NCBI GenBank assembly: GCA_964016885.1 | Contig: OZ024740.1 | Coordinates: 156,984,001-157,048,000 of the forward strand | DNA: 64,000 bases | Source: Eledone cirrhosa | Taxonomy: Eukaryota | Direction: 5' to 3' | Shown here: positions 13,256-27,694 of the stretch, in pieces | Position numbering within the stretch: position 1 is the first letter of the stretch | Layout: every line of letters begins with the position of its first letter | Made by a program: the position numbers and the translations under genes | Notes under the pieces: model-generated | What the model was told of the DNA's origin: nothing | The model's input: the letters and a program-made list of their open reading frames with translations, nothing else | The model's database searches: none

Positions 13256-13309
<54 letters not shown>

Positions 13310-13566
13310 AATATTGTATTTTAATGAGAAGACAAAAACAACCGTTCGATAGTTATGTCGATATTATTTTATCCCGCCGAGGTTTACTTTGCCTTTCATC
13401 CTTACGGGGTCGATAAAATAAAGTACCAGTAATGCACTGGTTAATTGCTGGCATTGTGCCAAAAGTAGAAACAATTATTTTGTTTGTTTCTGTCTGCACA
13501 ACACCTTCGTAAATTCAGAGCGAAAACAATGAAATGTTTTCGTAACATTACAATCGCGGTAAATAG

Positions 13567-13567
13567 C

Positions 13568-13626
<59 letters not shown>

Positions 13627-13643
13627 ACAGCAGTAGCAGTAGC

Positions 13644-13704
<61 letters not shown>

Positions 13705-13730
13705 ATAACAGCAGTAGCAGTAGCAGTAGC

Positions 13731-13794
<64 letters not shown>

Positions 13795-13814
13795 ATAACA
13801 GCAGTAGCAGTAGC

Positions 13815-13855
<41 letters not shown>

Positions 13856-13920
13856 GTGTTGTAGTAGTAGCAGCAGCAGCAGATGTAGTAGTAGTAGCAG
13901 TACTTGTTGTTTTAGTAGTA
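13567..13920. repeat. (TAG)n/(CAG)n compound microsatellite with a higher-order unit of about 80-90 bp
   Basis: Direct sequence; aacagcagtagcagtagc recurs three times. Confidence 0.9.
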
Positions 13921-16129
13921 GCTGTTGCTATTGCTGGTGATGATGATTTTGTTGTTAGTGGTGGTGATAGTGTTGCTGTCGTTGGTCATCGCGGTTGTGT
14001 TGGTGGTGCTTAGCCATAGGTCAAACCTGATTGATCAGATCTATGATCAAATGAGTTCCTCCTGTAAGCCCTCCAGTATATTCCTATATCATGTGGCTAT
14101 TTTAAAATGTGTGTGCTTCTTTGTGACTTTTTGACAGTGGTTCCCAACCTGTCTGTTCGCATACTCCTGTAGCCCCACATAGGAAGTAACGTGAATCTGT
14201 GTGCTTGGCAAGTAGAGAAAACAACTCAAAAGCCTACGTTTCGTGGGAAAATTCATTTAGCTATACGTGATCTTTAGAAGTGAAAAGGCTAGGAACAACT
14301 GCTCTAAGGTATTGTTGGAGGAAGATTTGACGACTATTTTTAATGGTTTAGAAACCATGTATGGTTCCCTTTTAGTTATTGAATAGGTGAGTATCTGCAT
14401 AACAAGGCTTTGATTTACAGTGTTAATAATTTTAGTTCACTTATCCATTGTACCTAAGATTTGCAGATATAGTTTGGTTGAAAATAGTTGGGATACAGCC
14501 AAGTTTATTGTGCGCTGAGTCGAAATGTTTTTTACTAACCGAACAACATTCATTTTGATAATGAGATAGCGAATGGAATTTTTATAAACCCATAAACTAC
14601 ACATGCATCTCTTAAATTAACTGTAACAAAGAAAAATCCTGCACGCGATATTTCGACCTGCTAGTAATGGCTACCAAATCTCTTATTAGACAACTGTTCA
14701 TTGTTGCTGAAGTTATAGTTTAATCCAAGATTAACTCTAATCGAACTTACATATGATCAAATGCGTTCCGTGAACCTCCATCTGTTTTTCACAATACATT
14801 ATCTAAAAGTGTCCTTCCTTTTGAAGACTGTGATTTGAAGGGCTGTAATTACTAAAAAATCAAAGGTCCACGGAAAGAGTCCCTTGTTTTTGTAAATGTG
14901 AAAGTACATCGTAGAATATAATTCAGAATTATTCCGAGCATTATGTTTAAGGTATACGTGTCAAAGGAATATTCAACCACTTACATGTTATTTAATTAAC
15001 CGAACAACTGACTGCTTATTTGTTATAAAGACAGAGAATGAAAGACAGGATCTTTCAGTACAAGCATATTATCGTTTTCTATGGTGAAGAAATGGGGGTG
15101 GAGGAGATAACGGCTGATTCAGTAGGAATGTGACAGATCTTACATTTGATCGTCTCGTTCAGTGGTGATGTGTATATACGGCTCTTTAATCTGCAAACAA
15201 TGCCAACTAAATTTTCTGAAGATATTCTATCACCCTAAATTCTAAAATATACTGGAAGATAAGCATCTACTCGTTCGCTCGACCTCCTATAAATAATCGC
15301 CAAATATCCATCAAACTACACTGTACCATCATTTAACGAAGACAGTGTTATGACACATTGAACATTTAAATGATGTAGTCCCTGATTTATGGCTATTGAC
15401 ATGGTCACGAATGGAACACGTTTGATGACAGTGTAGCTCGATTAGAGCTGAGCTGACCTAGCACTAAACGAAGGAGTAACAACTATGAAGAAAAACGCAA
15501 GAATTTTATGTAGAACAACCGGAAAAAATATCATTGATATGCTTGGTCAGGTTTGTCCTGAAATTCATTATCGAAAACAAGGCACTCTTACACGTTTTTA
15601 TGTTTTTGTACGAAGTGAATACTAGAATTTTTTTCACATTTATTTACGTTTTCTCAGCGTGGTTTATAAACCATTGTTATAACTACATTAAAGTATTTTT
15701 AGATATAAATTGATATTAGATATAAAGTGTACATGTGTGAAAGAAAGAGAATGGTGAGACCTTGTGGTTAAGGAGTTCAGTTCAGTATAGCTGTTTCTAT
15801 CAGGGCATTTTGATTTTCAGCAAGACATTCCCTTTTGCGTTGCCTCAGTCAATTTACTGGGAAAAGGAGCTGTACCTCTAATTCAAAGGTCCAGTCTTGT
15901 CACCCACTGTGTTACGTTGAACCTCCCTGAGAAGTACGTTAAGGGGATATGTCTCAGTTATTTGCGCGCTAAGTTCACGAATTGGCTGTGCCATTGATCG
16001 AATAAACGGGAAAACTCGTCGTTGAAACCTACGTAGGTCCGACACACATAGACATATATGCTTTTGTAAATGAGTAGAAAAGGCGACCAATAGATCAATG
16101 ATACAAAATGGCATCCATTATTACATATT

Positions 16130-16970
16130 ATAATAATTGTTTCTACTTTAGGCACAAGGCCAGTAATTACCCAGTGCATTACTGGTACTTTATTTTATCG
16201 ACCCCGTAGGGATGAAAGGCAAAGTCAACCTCGGCGGGATTTGAACTCAGATCGTAAAGGGACGTAACTATGCTGGAAAGCATGGCGTCCGACCCTCTAC
16301 CGATACTGCCAATCCACCATTATTACATATTAATGAAGGGCGGTGAATTGGCAGTATCGGTAGAGGGTAGAATATGCTTTCCAGCATAGTTACGTCCCTT
16401 TACGATCTGAGTTCAATTCCCGCCGAGGTTTACTTTGCCTTTCATCCTTACGGGGTCGATAAAATAAAGTACCAGTAATGTACTGGGATAATTGCTGGCC
16501 TTGTGCCAAAAGTAGAAACAATTATTACATATTATAATAATTGTTTCTACTTTAGGCACAAGGCCAGCAATAACCCAGTACATCACTGGTACTTTATTTT
16601 ATCGACCCCGTACGGATGAAAGGCAAAGTCAACCTCGGCGGGATTTGAACTCATATTATAATAATTGTTTCTACTTTAGTCACAAGGCCAGCAATTACCC
16701 AGTACATTACTGGTACTTTATTTTATCGACCCTGTAAGGATGAAAGGCAAAGTTAACCTTGGCGGGATTTGAACTCAGACTGGTAGATTGGCAGTATCGG
16801 TAGAGGGTCGGATGCCATGCTTTGAAGCACAGTTACGTCCCTTTACGGACTGAGTTCAAATCCCGCCGAGGTTAACTTTGCCTTTCATCCTTACGGGGTC
16901 GATAAAATAAAGTACCAGTAATACACTGGGATAATTGCTGGCCTTGTGCCAAAAGTAGAAACAATTATTA
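16130..16970. mobile_element. Cluster of 5 young SINE copies in mixed orientation (-,+,-,-,+)
   Basis: About 16135-16320 (-), 16338-16525 (+), 16538-16652 (-), 16660-16780 (-), 16781-16966 (+). Confidence 0.85.
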
Positions 16971-17530
16971 CATATTATAATAAGATACGTAACCAATTGG
17001 TAAAGGTGTTAAACTTTCAACTAGAGGGTTGTGGGTTCGATCGCTGGACACGGCAGTGCGCCGTGTTCTTGAGTAAAATACTTTATTCAAATTTGCTTTT
17101 TTAGCCAGGAAACAATTCTACCTGCGACCGGCAGAAAGTATCAGCAAGAAGACAGCGTTTCTTTGGTCGAATTTGATGATCCGTTTCTTTCCTTTCCTTA
17201 TATTTTCAATAAAATATATCCCATGGTTCTTTATTTTTTCATTAGATAAAGCTCAAGTATATATAGGTTGACAAAGGACATGAGACGTTGTGACGCAATG
17301 TTTTACATAATAGGCAAATGGAGGCTATATTATTGTCAGATATGATTTATCAGATAGATTTTCTTCATAACTTTTCTTGAAGTTAAATGGAAATAGATGG
17401 AAAATGCTAATATCTAAGTGTCTGAAATGTATGTGAGGGTGTATGATGCGTATATGTGTATATATGCGTGTATATTGTGTGTGTGTGTGTGTGTGTCTGT
17501 GTGTGTGTGTGTGTATGTGTGTGTGGGGGG

Positions 17531-17577
<47 letters not shown>

Positions 17578-17578
17578 T

Positions 17579-17642
<64 letters not shown>

Positions 17643-18101
17643 ACGTGTGTGTGTGTGGATGAGTATATAAGTGTGAATGTACGTGTGTGAAGTGTGTGTA
17701 TTTATGTGTAGGTGTAACTGTATATACGTATATATATATATGTGTGTGTTTGCGTGTGCATAGTGTGTATGTATGTATATATGTTTGTGTATGTGTGTGT
17801 ATAATATGTAGTGTCATGTTATGTGTTATTTGATAGGATGGTTGTGTGGTCGGCATGTTTGTTGTTCAATATAGTGGAAGATGATTGGGTTATATTACGT
17901 CGCCACCGTCTGTTATCAGACTTAAAAGCTGAAATCAGCTTTCCTCGCCGCCAGCGCCACTACCATTACCATCACTGTATATACATCCACACTAACAGGC
18001 ACATACACATGTGTATCTATATGCACGTATATATGTATATACATATATTTAAATACACACATGTTTCTACATATTTATATACATACATTTTGTTTAATAT
18101 G

Positions 18102-18194
<93 letters not shown>

Positions 18195-19481
18195 CCTCTC
18201 TCTCTTTCTCTGTCTCTCTCTCTTTCTCTCTCTCTCTTTCTATTTTTTCTCTCTTTCTCATTCCATCGCTTTTTTTTATCTATCTCTTTCCCTCTCCCCT
18301 CTCTCTTTCTATTTTTCTTTGACTCTCTTTCTCTCTCTCCCATTCTATTGCTCCTCTTCACTCTTATTTTAAAGTATTTGCGAGATAGTGAGAACAAATG
18401 AGAAATAACATATATGTACAGCTCGTGGCTCTGTGACTTTGGTGTTTGGTTCAAGACATTACAGTCGTGATTTCAATTTCCAACGCCACGTCGTGACCTT
18501 GAGCAAAGCACATTTCTCTCCGTTTCTTCAGTTTACCCAGCAGAGATTAAATGAAGTATATCTCATCTCTAATTAAAAAGATATGTCTTGTTACACACTA
18601 TGTTTTGCTGAGTCTCCCTAACCACATTATTAAGGATGAAGGCAAAATTAACTTCAGCGGTATCCGAATTCAGAATAAAGAGAGGTGGAATGAATACCAC
18701 AAATCATTCTATCTGAAATTCTAATAACTCTGTCAATTCGCCGCCTTAAGGACATTTGAAGACACTTATATATTTACACTTTCTTATTCTTTTCTGATAC
18801 ATAACAAGAAATGTACATTAAAATATACATCGTCATTAAAACGTGTATAGACTAGATTCCTGATAAGTGTTGTTCTACACTATAAGGCCGAAAGTTAATT
18901 GAAATATATTTGGAGTTTGGAGCATTGGGATGTTATTACATCTCAGATAAAGTGTGTGAGGTTTTTAACCACCTTAAACTTAACAGTAGTTCCTTCGGCA
19001 AAATTTATTTTTACGAATTACAAGAATAATTTTAAAAAAAAGTTGAACGACAAATTTTTGTTTGTAAAGCAAACAAAAAATATAGTTTTCACAATGATGT
19101 GAATGATAGACGACAGAAGGATTTCTGAGGAGATTGAAGCCGTGATTGCACGTACATTAATGGATCAGCTAAATAGAGAAATCCTGGAAGCAAAATAGCT
19201 GTCAACGTTATAGTTGAGAATACACACGGCCATCGTAATATAACTGTCTCGGATGATGTGAATATTAGCGGGGGAAAAAGAAGAAAAATACAGCAAAACA
19301 GTTTACAGTTATTTTCATAAAGTTAACATAAATATGAAAGAGGTTCCTAATTGATGGTTTACCGAATACACAATTGGTTTCGTCGTCAAGAATGGCACTT
19401 AAAGGAAGAGAGTACATCATATGATATTTTGTTAAGGCTCTGTATAACATGACCGTAAGGTGAAAGACTAGCACGCACACG

Positions 19482-19760
<279 letters not shown>

Positions 19761-19768
19761 ACATACAC

Positions 19769-19799
<31 letters not shown>

Positions 19800-19858
19800 G
19801 TCGCATATATGTTATAGAATACTATTAGCTTCTCGCTAAAACAATCTCTATACCTCTC

Positions 19859-19968
<110 letters not shown>

Positions 19969-20178
19969 TTCGTTTCTGAATTTGTTTAGCAAGATTCTTT
20001 ATCTGAAAACGTGTGTTGAAACCGATATTGTTATACTTTGGGAGGGTCATGTTGCCAATAAGAAACACACGCACCAGTTGCTTTCACTTCAATTTATTAT
20101 AATAAATTTATAAATTTAGGAATTTATAAATTTCCGGTTGGTTCGTTGGTTCCACAACCAGATGGTTGTTTATATATT

Positions 20179-20221
20179 ATCAAAGTTCTTTCGTCACACA
20201 TTATGTGACCTCTTCAGTGAC
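20179..20221 (-). ncRNA. Minimal type I hammerhead ribozyme
   Basis: gtca CTGAAGA g gtcaca..tgtgac GAAA gaac TT tgat. Confidence 0.7.
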
Positions 20222-20340
20222 TGGGGATTATGTTCTTTGTTTTTTTGTGCCTCTCCATTGTTCTGTCCTTCGCCAAAAACAAGATGGCGTAGGACAGAAC
20301 AAAGGAAAGGCACAAAAAAAAACAAAGAAAAGAATCCCCA

Positions 20341-20383
20341 GTCACTGAAGAGGTCACAGAATGTGTGACGAAAGAACTTTGAC
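20341..20383 (+). ncRNA. Minimal type I hammerhead ribozyme
   Basis: gtca CTGAAGA g gtcaca gaatg tgtgac GAAA gaac TT tgac. Confidence 0.75.
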
Positions 20384-20617
20384 AATATATAAACAACCAT
20401 CTGGTTGTGGAACCAACCAACCGGAAATTTATAAATTCCTAAATTTATAAATTTATTATAATAAATTGAAGTGAAAGCAACTGGTGCATGTGTTTCTTAT
20501 TGGCAACATGACCCTCCCAAAGTATAACAATATATATATATACATATATATATACATATATATATACATATATATATACATATATATATATATACATATA
20601 TACATATACATATATAA

Positions 20618-21337
20618 AAAGATTTACAACACCTCTGGCTAGCAGAATATGGGATTTGAAAGACCAAGGTATCCAATATAAATTAGATTGGTCAACACTC
20701 TGCATAAGTGAAAAATATTGGATTTTACAAAACCTTAAATCACCAAAACCCTGCCTAAATGCAAAAACAGAAATTTTTACCAGTTGCCCACAGATGAAAT
20801 CACACTTGCTTTCCAGCTCATATAAACTTAAATCACTTTCAGATACTTATCCTCCATAAACTCTTGTTCTTCACTTTGCTTAAATTACCTTCTTTACAGA
20901 CTTCGTTTTCTGATTTACTTTTCTTTTTATTTTTAACTTTATTTTTACTTCACATCCACCAGTGACCCCCCCCCCCCCCCGAGTGCTTTTTGATTCACTT
21001 ACCTTATATCTTCACAATTCCACACATTTTACTTCCTCATTTTCTTTCACTACCCGATAACACATGTCACTTGCGTTTTCAACTTCAGATATGTTCTGTT
21101 GTCTCTCAGCCGCTTTTATGTATGTTTACTTGCATTTAATTTGTACTCATTTATTCATACGGCTGGTTTTTAATTTGCATCTATGCGTGTGAGTGTGCAT
21201 GTGTGTGTATGCGTGTTTGTATATGTATACGAATGCATTCGTATGTTCACGTGTGTGTGTATATGTGTGTGTGTATGTGTGTTTTTATATGTGTGTGTGT
21301 GCATGTATATGTATATATATATATATATGTGTGTATG

Positions 21338-21420
<83 letters not shown>

Positions 21421-22325
21421 GCGTGCGTGCGTGTGATTAAATATACTTGTGCCTATATATATATATGTGCTTCGTTGTATATATGCGCGCCTTTGTATGT
21501 ATGTACGCATGTATGTGCTTTTGTCTGTACGTATTTATATATATATTTATATATATATATATATATGTGTACATACGAACCTATGTTTGTTTTCTATTTT
21601 TTCCAGTGTTACTTTATAATTGATAACACCTCCCTCTTACTTTCTCTTTGATTTAAAATTTTTTTATTCTCATATTTTTTCATTTTTTATTTTATATATG
21701 TATCGACCTTCAGACTGATACACTCCCTTCCCTGTATATATCACTCGCATGTATGTGGTTGCACGTGTGTGTGTGTTTATACGCGTGCTTTCATACATGC
21801 ATGTGTATATATTTCAATCCTTAATACCTGAGTCTGGATGTACGTTAACTCTATTATCTTACAATTTCTTTTCCAACATTTATTATATACGTTCTTGTGG
21901 TCACACATACACTGATATGCTTGCCCTCATATATGTACTTACGCACACATTTTTTCACTATACACATGCATTTGTACATACACACATATGTACATTTGTG
22001 AGTGAATATACACACATGTATACACATACCCTAACTATATTTCCTTATTTTATTTTTTTATATCTCTTGCATTACTTTTATTTATATTTTTTTGCCCGTT
22101 AAACCCTTGCCTTTCTTGAGGAGATTTTTCAAATATTTCACTGTTTTAAATTGCCTTGTCCGACGAACGAATGAGGACGTTTCTTGTATTCGTCTTATTC
22201 AGGAAACCTCTGGTAATGAGGTAATTATATTGTATTGTTTATTGTACATTAAATTTAGCTCTGGTACTTACCTAGAGCACTCTTCACTCCTATGACTTTT
22301 TCAATTTTCAACGGAAACTTCAATA

Positions 22326-22328
<3 letters not shown>
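20618..22328 (+). mobile_element. Naiad-like PLE 3' fragment: GIY-YIG C-terminus, microsatellite-rich 3'UTR, pLTR/tail
   Basis: LASRIWDLKDQGIQYKLDWS..CISEKYWILQN..CLNAKTEIFTSCPQ. The end 22130-22328 is homologous to 44653-44889. Continuity across the microsatellites is inferred. Confidence 0.6.
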
Positions 22329-22411
<83 letters not shown>

Positions 22412-22576
22412 TATGTGTAGAAGTAAACTCAGTAAATTCTGCGTCTAAAATTACGAGGGTAGATTTCACCACAAACTGAAGCATACAGTATGGTACAAGA
22501 TTTCCTATACATACCGTATCAATAACGATTTCATCTCTCGGACAGACTAAAGATTTAATCTGTTTCGCCCTGAAAA

Positions 22577-22617
<41 letters not shown>

Positions 22618-22749
22618 TTTATAAGTTTATCCTGGGTTCAGTCGGGGGTAACCACAGTTCCACAGTTAGTAAGGTACTCAATACGTAGCAGAGTATAAAT
22701 ATTTAATATAGAAATGGCTTCTACAGACTAGAACTGTTTCATCCTGGAG

Positions 22750-22791
<42 letters not shown>

Positions 22792-22941
22792 TGCTGCTAG
22801 CAACTTCTTTTTTCATGACTAAGGGTCTTTACCCAATTTTATAAGTTATTTATGGCAACCAACTGTACTTACATACGATATTTCCTTTAAACTTTATATT
22901 CTCTCAGCGCTTCGTAAGTTCGAAAGTTCAAGCTTCGCTTA

Positions 22942-22991
<50 letters not shown>

Positions 22992-23414
22992 ACAGTCGAT
23001 CGACAAGATCCCAGACCTCGTCAAATCAGAAACAATGTTTCCATTGGTCTTTCCAATTGCTAATACTATCTACCGGTCGAGATTCCAGGCAGAAGGAGAA
23101 ATGTGAAATAAAGTTCTTGTTCAAGGACAAAGACATAACTCATCACCCGGTCTGGCAATCGAACTCACAACCTCACGATTTCGAATCTAATTTTCTAACC
23201 ACTCAGACATGCGTCTTCACAAAACAGTTAATAGATATTTCCATAAAGTTAACAAGAAATATATCTATAGTACAATCGCAGGTTCTCCTGTAACAACAAC
23301 AATAGCAAATAACATTGCTTACTTATAGACTATAACATCTATGCCTCAGTAACCTATTATCCTATCCTTCTTACGTCACTCATCCTTTCTTCCCTTCATT
23401 CTTGTTCATGCGTG

Positions 23415-23622
23415 TATTGGCAGTATCGGTAGAGTCGGACACCATGCTATGCAGCATAGAGTTAGTCCTTTACGGTCTGAGTTCAAATCCCGCTGAGGTT
23501 AACTTTGCCTTTCATCCTTCTGGGGTAAATAAAATAAAGCACCAATAATGTACTGGGTCAATTTAATCGGCTTTCCCATCCCTTTCAAATTACTGGCCTT
23601 GTGCCTATACTAGAAATCATTG
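23415..23622 (+). mobile_element. tRNA-type SINE
   Basis: tggcagtatcggtagag...gagttcaaatccc...core...ggccttgtgcct. Confidence 0.8.
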
Positions 23623-23986
23623 TAGTTCATGCGTACACTTTTTCCTCGTGTACATTCTTTACTTTCCTTACTCTACTCGAAAAGTCAGATGTCTCCTGTT
23701 TCGGGGTGTAAATAGTTCTACTATACTCATATTGTTCTTATTTTTGTACAAGTGTATTTTTAACGACATATCTTCTTTTAACACTTTTTGTTTCCTGTTT
23801 GCAATATTTACGTTTCAAATGCTCTTGTGTGTCATCCTGACATATATAAGCACACACGTGCACACATACACACACATACATTTTTTATATATATATATAT
23901 ATATATTTATACACACACGCACACACACGCACACACGCGCACACACACAAACATATATATATGTATATATACATATGTATATATAT

Positions 23987-26900
23987 CATCATCATCATCA
24001 TCATTTACGTCCGCTTTTCCCTGCTTGCAAGGGTGGGGCGGCTCTTATTCAGCACAGCATCTCTCCACTTGTCACGGTCCTTCGACATCTCCACTGTGAA
24101 CTTCAGCGATGTGAGGTCTGTTCTCACCACCTCCGCCCGTGTTTCGTGGTCTACCTCTACCACGTCTTCCTTCAACTGGCATTTCCTGGCACTTCTTCAC
24201 CCATCGGTCATCCTCTATGCGCATCACATGTCCATACCACCTCAGTCTCCTCTCTCGTACACTACATTCTATCCCTCTCAGACACAGTTTCTCTCTCAAC
24301 ACATTTATGCTGGGTCGTTCACGCACATTGACATTGCACATCCAACGGAGCATGCTTGCCTCATTTCTCTCCAGCCGTCGCATATCCTCTGCAGTTGCTT
24401 CCCATGTCTCATCGCGCAGCATCGCGCTCCTCACACAGGCATCATATAACCAGCCTTTCGTACACAGGGAGAAACCCTTCTTCGCCAGCAGAGGAAGCAG
24501 CTCTCTAAACTTCTTCCAACCCATCTTTATTCTAAATACTATGGCCTCGAAACACCCCCCTCCCATGCTAATCTGATTTCCTAGGTACCGGAAGCTATCC
24601 ACCACTTCTATAGCACCCGCCTGCATTTGAAAAATGTGTCTATCAATGCGACTTCTACTGTCTAATTTCCCTGTACATCTACTGCATACGTATTTCTTCC
24701 TACATGTTAGTTTGCCTGCTATCCCACTACATCTCTTGTGTACCCAGGATCTGCATTGTGTGCATTTTATAGAATTTATGCCAGTTCCTTTTCTGCATAT
24801 CGAACATGGCCATTTCCCTGACGGAATCAGAGTTTTGTCCTCTTTTCTACTCATCAACACTTTAGCTAGGTTCACTCTCAGTCCTCTTGCTTCCAACTGC
24901 TGTTTCCATAGCCAGACTTTATTCTCTAGCTCCTCTACTGATTCTGCTATAAGAACCAGATCGTCAGCATAGAGAAGTTCCCATGGATAGCCAGTCTTAA
25001 ACTCCTTTGTTATGACTTGGAGGATTATAATGAACAAGATCGGGCTTGATGTACTCCTACTTGTACCTGGAATTCCTTACTAAACTCCATTCCTACTCTG
25101 ACTTTACTAACAGTACCTCTGTACAAAGTTTTCACTGTCGTCACAAGCCATTCCTCAACACCTTGTTTACATAGGGACCACCAGATGACAGATCGGGGTA
25201 CCCTATCAAAAGCCTTCTCTAGGTCAACAAAGGTTAAGTATAGTGGCATATTTTTCTCTAAGAAACACTCTTGTAACTGTCTCCCCAAGAAGAGGGCATC
25301 TGTTGTACTCTTCCAAGGCACAAAACCAAACTGCATCTCATCTAGTTTGACCCTTTCTCTAATTAGTTGTGCTAATATCGTTTCTGCCACTTTCATAACC
25401 TGATCCATCAGTTTTATACCCCTATAATTGCTCCCCCTCCAGAGCATCTCCTTTACCTTTTTAGCAATTTATGAGAATACTGCTGCACCAGTCTTTGGGT
25501 ATGACAGCACCATATATAACCTGATTGATGATGCGTGCAACCAGTTTAGAGCCTACGTCCCCTGATGCCTTCAGCATCTCAGCAACTATCCCCGATGGTC
25601 CAGCAGCCTTACCATTTTTCATTTTCTTAATCGCCTCTTGGAGCCTATATTCGTCAATCTCAATAGCTGGTCCCTCTGTCGGATCTACTGAGGGTAATTT
25701 CTCTCTCTCCCATTCGTTCTCCACATTCATCAGTCTCTCATAATGACATTTCCAAGCCTCCTTTTTCTGATCATTCGTGACACTAAGTACACCGGCATCA
25801 TTCCGGACACATTTATCTCCAATAACATCCTGATTTGCATTGGCACACTGCCTTGCAATGTGGAACACCGCACGCCTCGGATCTTCCCGTCGCAGAACAT
25901 TGGCAAACCTACTACTCTCAGCCTCCCTGTGTTCTAAGTACACCTGACGTATAGCTACTCTCTTAACGGCTGTATATTCTTCCCTACTCCCACCCTTTTT
26001 TCCAAGCCTTCCATGCTAGTCTTTTGTCTCTAATGGCCTTATCTAATGTGCTATTTCAGCACCAGGTCACTCTCTGTCTGGTTGGAGCTCTGCTCCAGCC
26101 ACAAGTTTCATCAGTAGCCTGCAGTAAGTTGTCACGTAAGAAATTCCAGTTATTATCTATGTCATACATCTCTAAATCGTCTTTTTTTTTTCATACACAT
26201 CTTGAAAGGCTTTCCTAAATTTGTATTTTAGTGAAAGGTCTTTTAGCTTCCAGACCTTTCTTCTCCACACCTTCCTGTATGTCTCATTCCATCTCTTGCT
26301 TTCTGAGATATCACTAACGACTAACCTATGGTGTGGGGTACATTCTTCCCCCAGGGTATGCCTTGGTATTAGACACTATCTGTCTGTCCCTCTGCCTAAC
26401 TAGTAAGAAGTCAATTTGGCTTATGTGCTCGCCAGATTTGTAGGTTATTAGGTGGTTGGCAGGTTTCTGGAAGTTAGTGTTGCAAATAGTCAGTGTACTT
26501 GCATCACAAAATTCAAGAAGTCTCACTCCTTCATTTGTTGAGCCGTAACCGTGCCCACCATGTACCCCAGTGTAACCATCCTGGAGCTGTCCAACATGAC
26601 CATTGAAGTCCCCTGCTAGCATAACGATGTCTCCGTCCTTGTCATTGCGGTTGTTTGTAAAAGTCGCTCGTAAAAGCAGTCTTTCTCTTCTTTGCCTAGG
26701 CCTGCTTGTGGAGCATAGGCAGAGATGATGGTCAGTAGTCTCCTGCCTACAACTAATCTAAGCTTAATTATTCGATCACTAACTCGAACTACCTCTATTG
26801 TCTTATTGATCCGTCTCTCAGCCAGGAAAATGCCTACTACCCCTAACCCATCATCCTTACCTACCCAGAAAAGCTTATAGCTAAGATGTTTGCCTACGAC

Positions 26901-27230
26901 TAGTCTCGCAGAGGCACCTCTCCATCTCACCTCTTGCACGCAGCACACATTCACATGCCTTCTCTCCAGCATCTCCGCTATTTCACCAGATCTACCTCTG
27001 AAAGTGCCATCATTAAGTGTTGCAACTCTGAGATGCGACGTCTTCATATTTTGTTGTTCCTATCTTACTTTTTGCTGTGCTGATAATCGTTTTGGCATTG
27101 ATACACTGGTTGGATGCCCTTCCTAACTTTACAGCATGGACTGGGTGCTTTTATTTGTGCCTCCAGCACTAGAGAGGATGTCTTACTAGACTCGAGGGCT
27201 CTCTCTACACCTCCATTTTACAGCATGGTC
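23987..27230 (-). mobile_element. Near full-length RTE-clade LINE (APE endonuclease + RT), frameshifted, with (GAT)n tail
   Basis: APE: VCCVQEVRWRG, IISAYAPQAG, AGDFNGHVG, SQIDFLL. RT: NYRGIKLM, QFGFVP, FVDLEKAFDRVPR, ELLYADDLV, RRLRWYGHVMR. (cat)n at 23987-24004. Confidence 0.93.
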
Positions 27231-27694
27231 AGAAAAAAAAACACTTATTAACACTCACGGCACACACACTCACTCACACACCAACACTCATGCATACAAA
27301 CTACAAACACACACGTCACTCACACACCAACACTCATGCATACAAACACTCACACCACTCACACACACAAACACATACATATATATATTACTGTCAGTAC
27401 TGATACAAAATCAAAATCATGTCAACTGTTGACTTTTCCAGTCCAGTTCAGTTTTTATATAACAATAATAATAATTGTTTGCTTTACAGCAAAGAGCAAC
27501 GGCTCTCCACTCCCCCACCCCCCAAAAAAAACAAGGGATCAGCAATGCGCTGCGACAATCGCTGCCCCGTGCCAAGAACAGAATAGTTATTTAGTATTAT
27601 TATTATAAAGTACCAGTAATGCACTGGATAATTGCTGGCCTTGTGCCTAAAGTAGAAACAATTATTATTATAGTTGTTTTTAAGACCTGATCGC

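Larger units (their letters stand above)
9334..13258 (+). mobile_element. Naiad-like PLE: inverted pLTR (9334-10002), 5'-truncated ORF, 3'UTR, pLTR (12501-13170), tail (to 13258), within (TA)n
   Basis: Near-identical inverted repeats of about 670 bp flank an RT/GIY-YIG ORF; (TA)n on both sides. Confidence 0.92.
20028..20531. mobile_element. Palindromic non-coding PLE pLTR unit (about 500 bp), same family as 29231 and 45272
   Basis: ttgttatactttgggagggtc...gaccctcccaaagtataacaa; arms fold at about 20275. Confidence 0.88.

Noticed and set aside
16781-16870. tRNA-like A/B boxes
   Set aside because: SINE head; no complete cloverleaf, and it continues into the SINE core.
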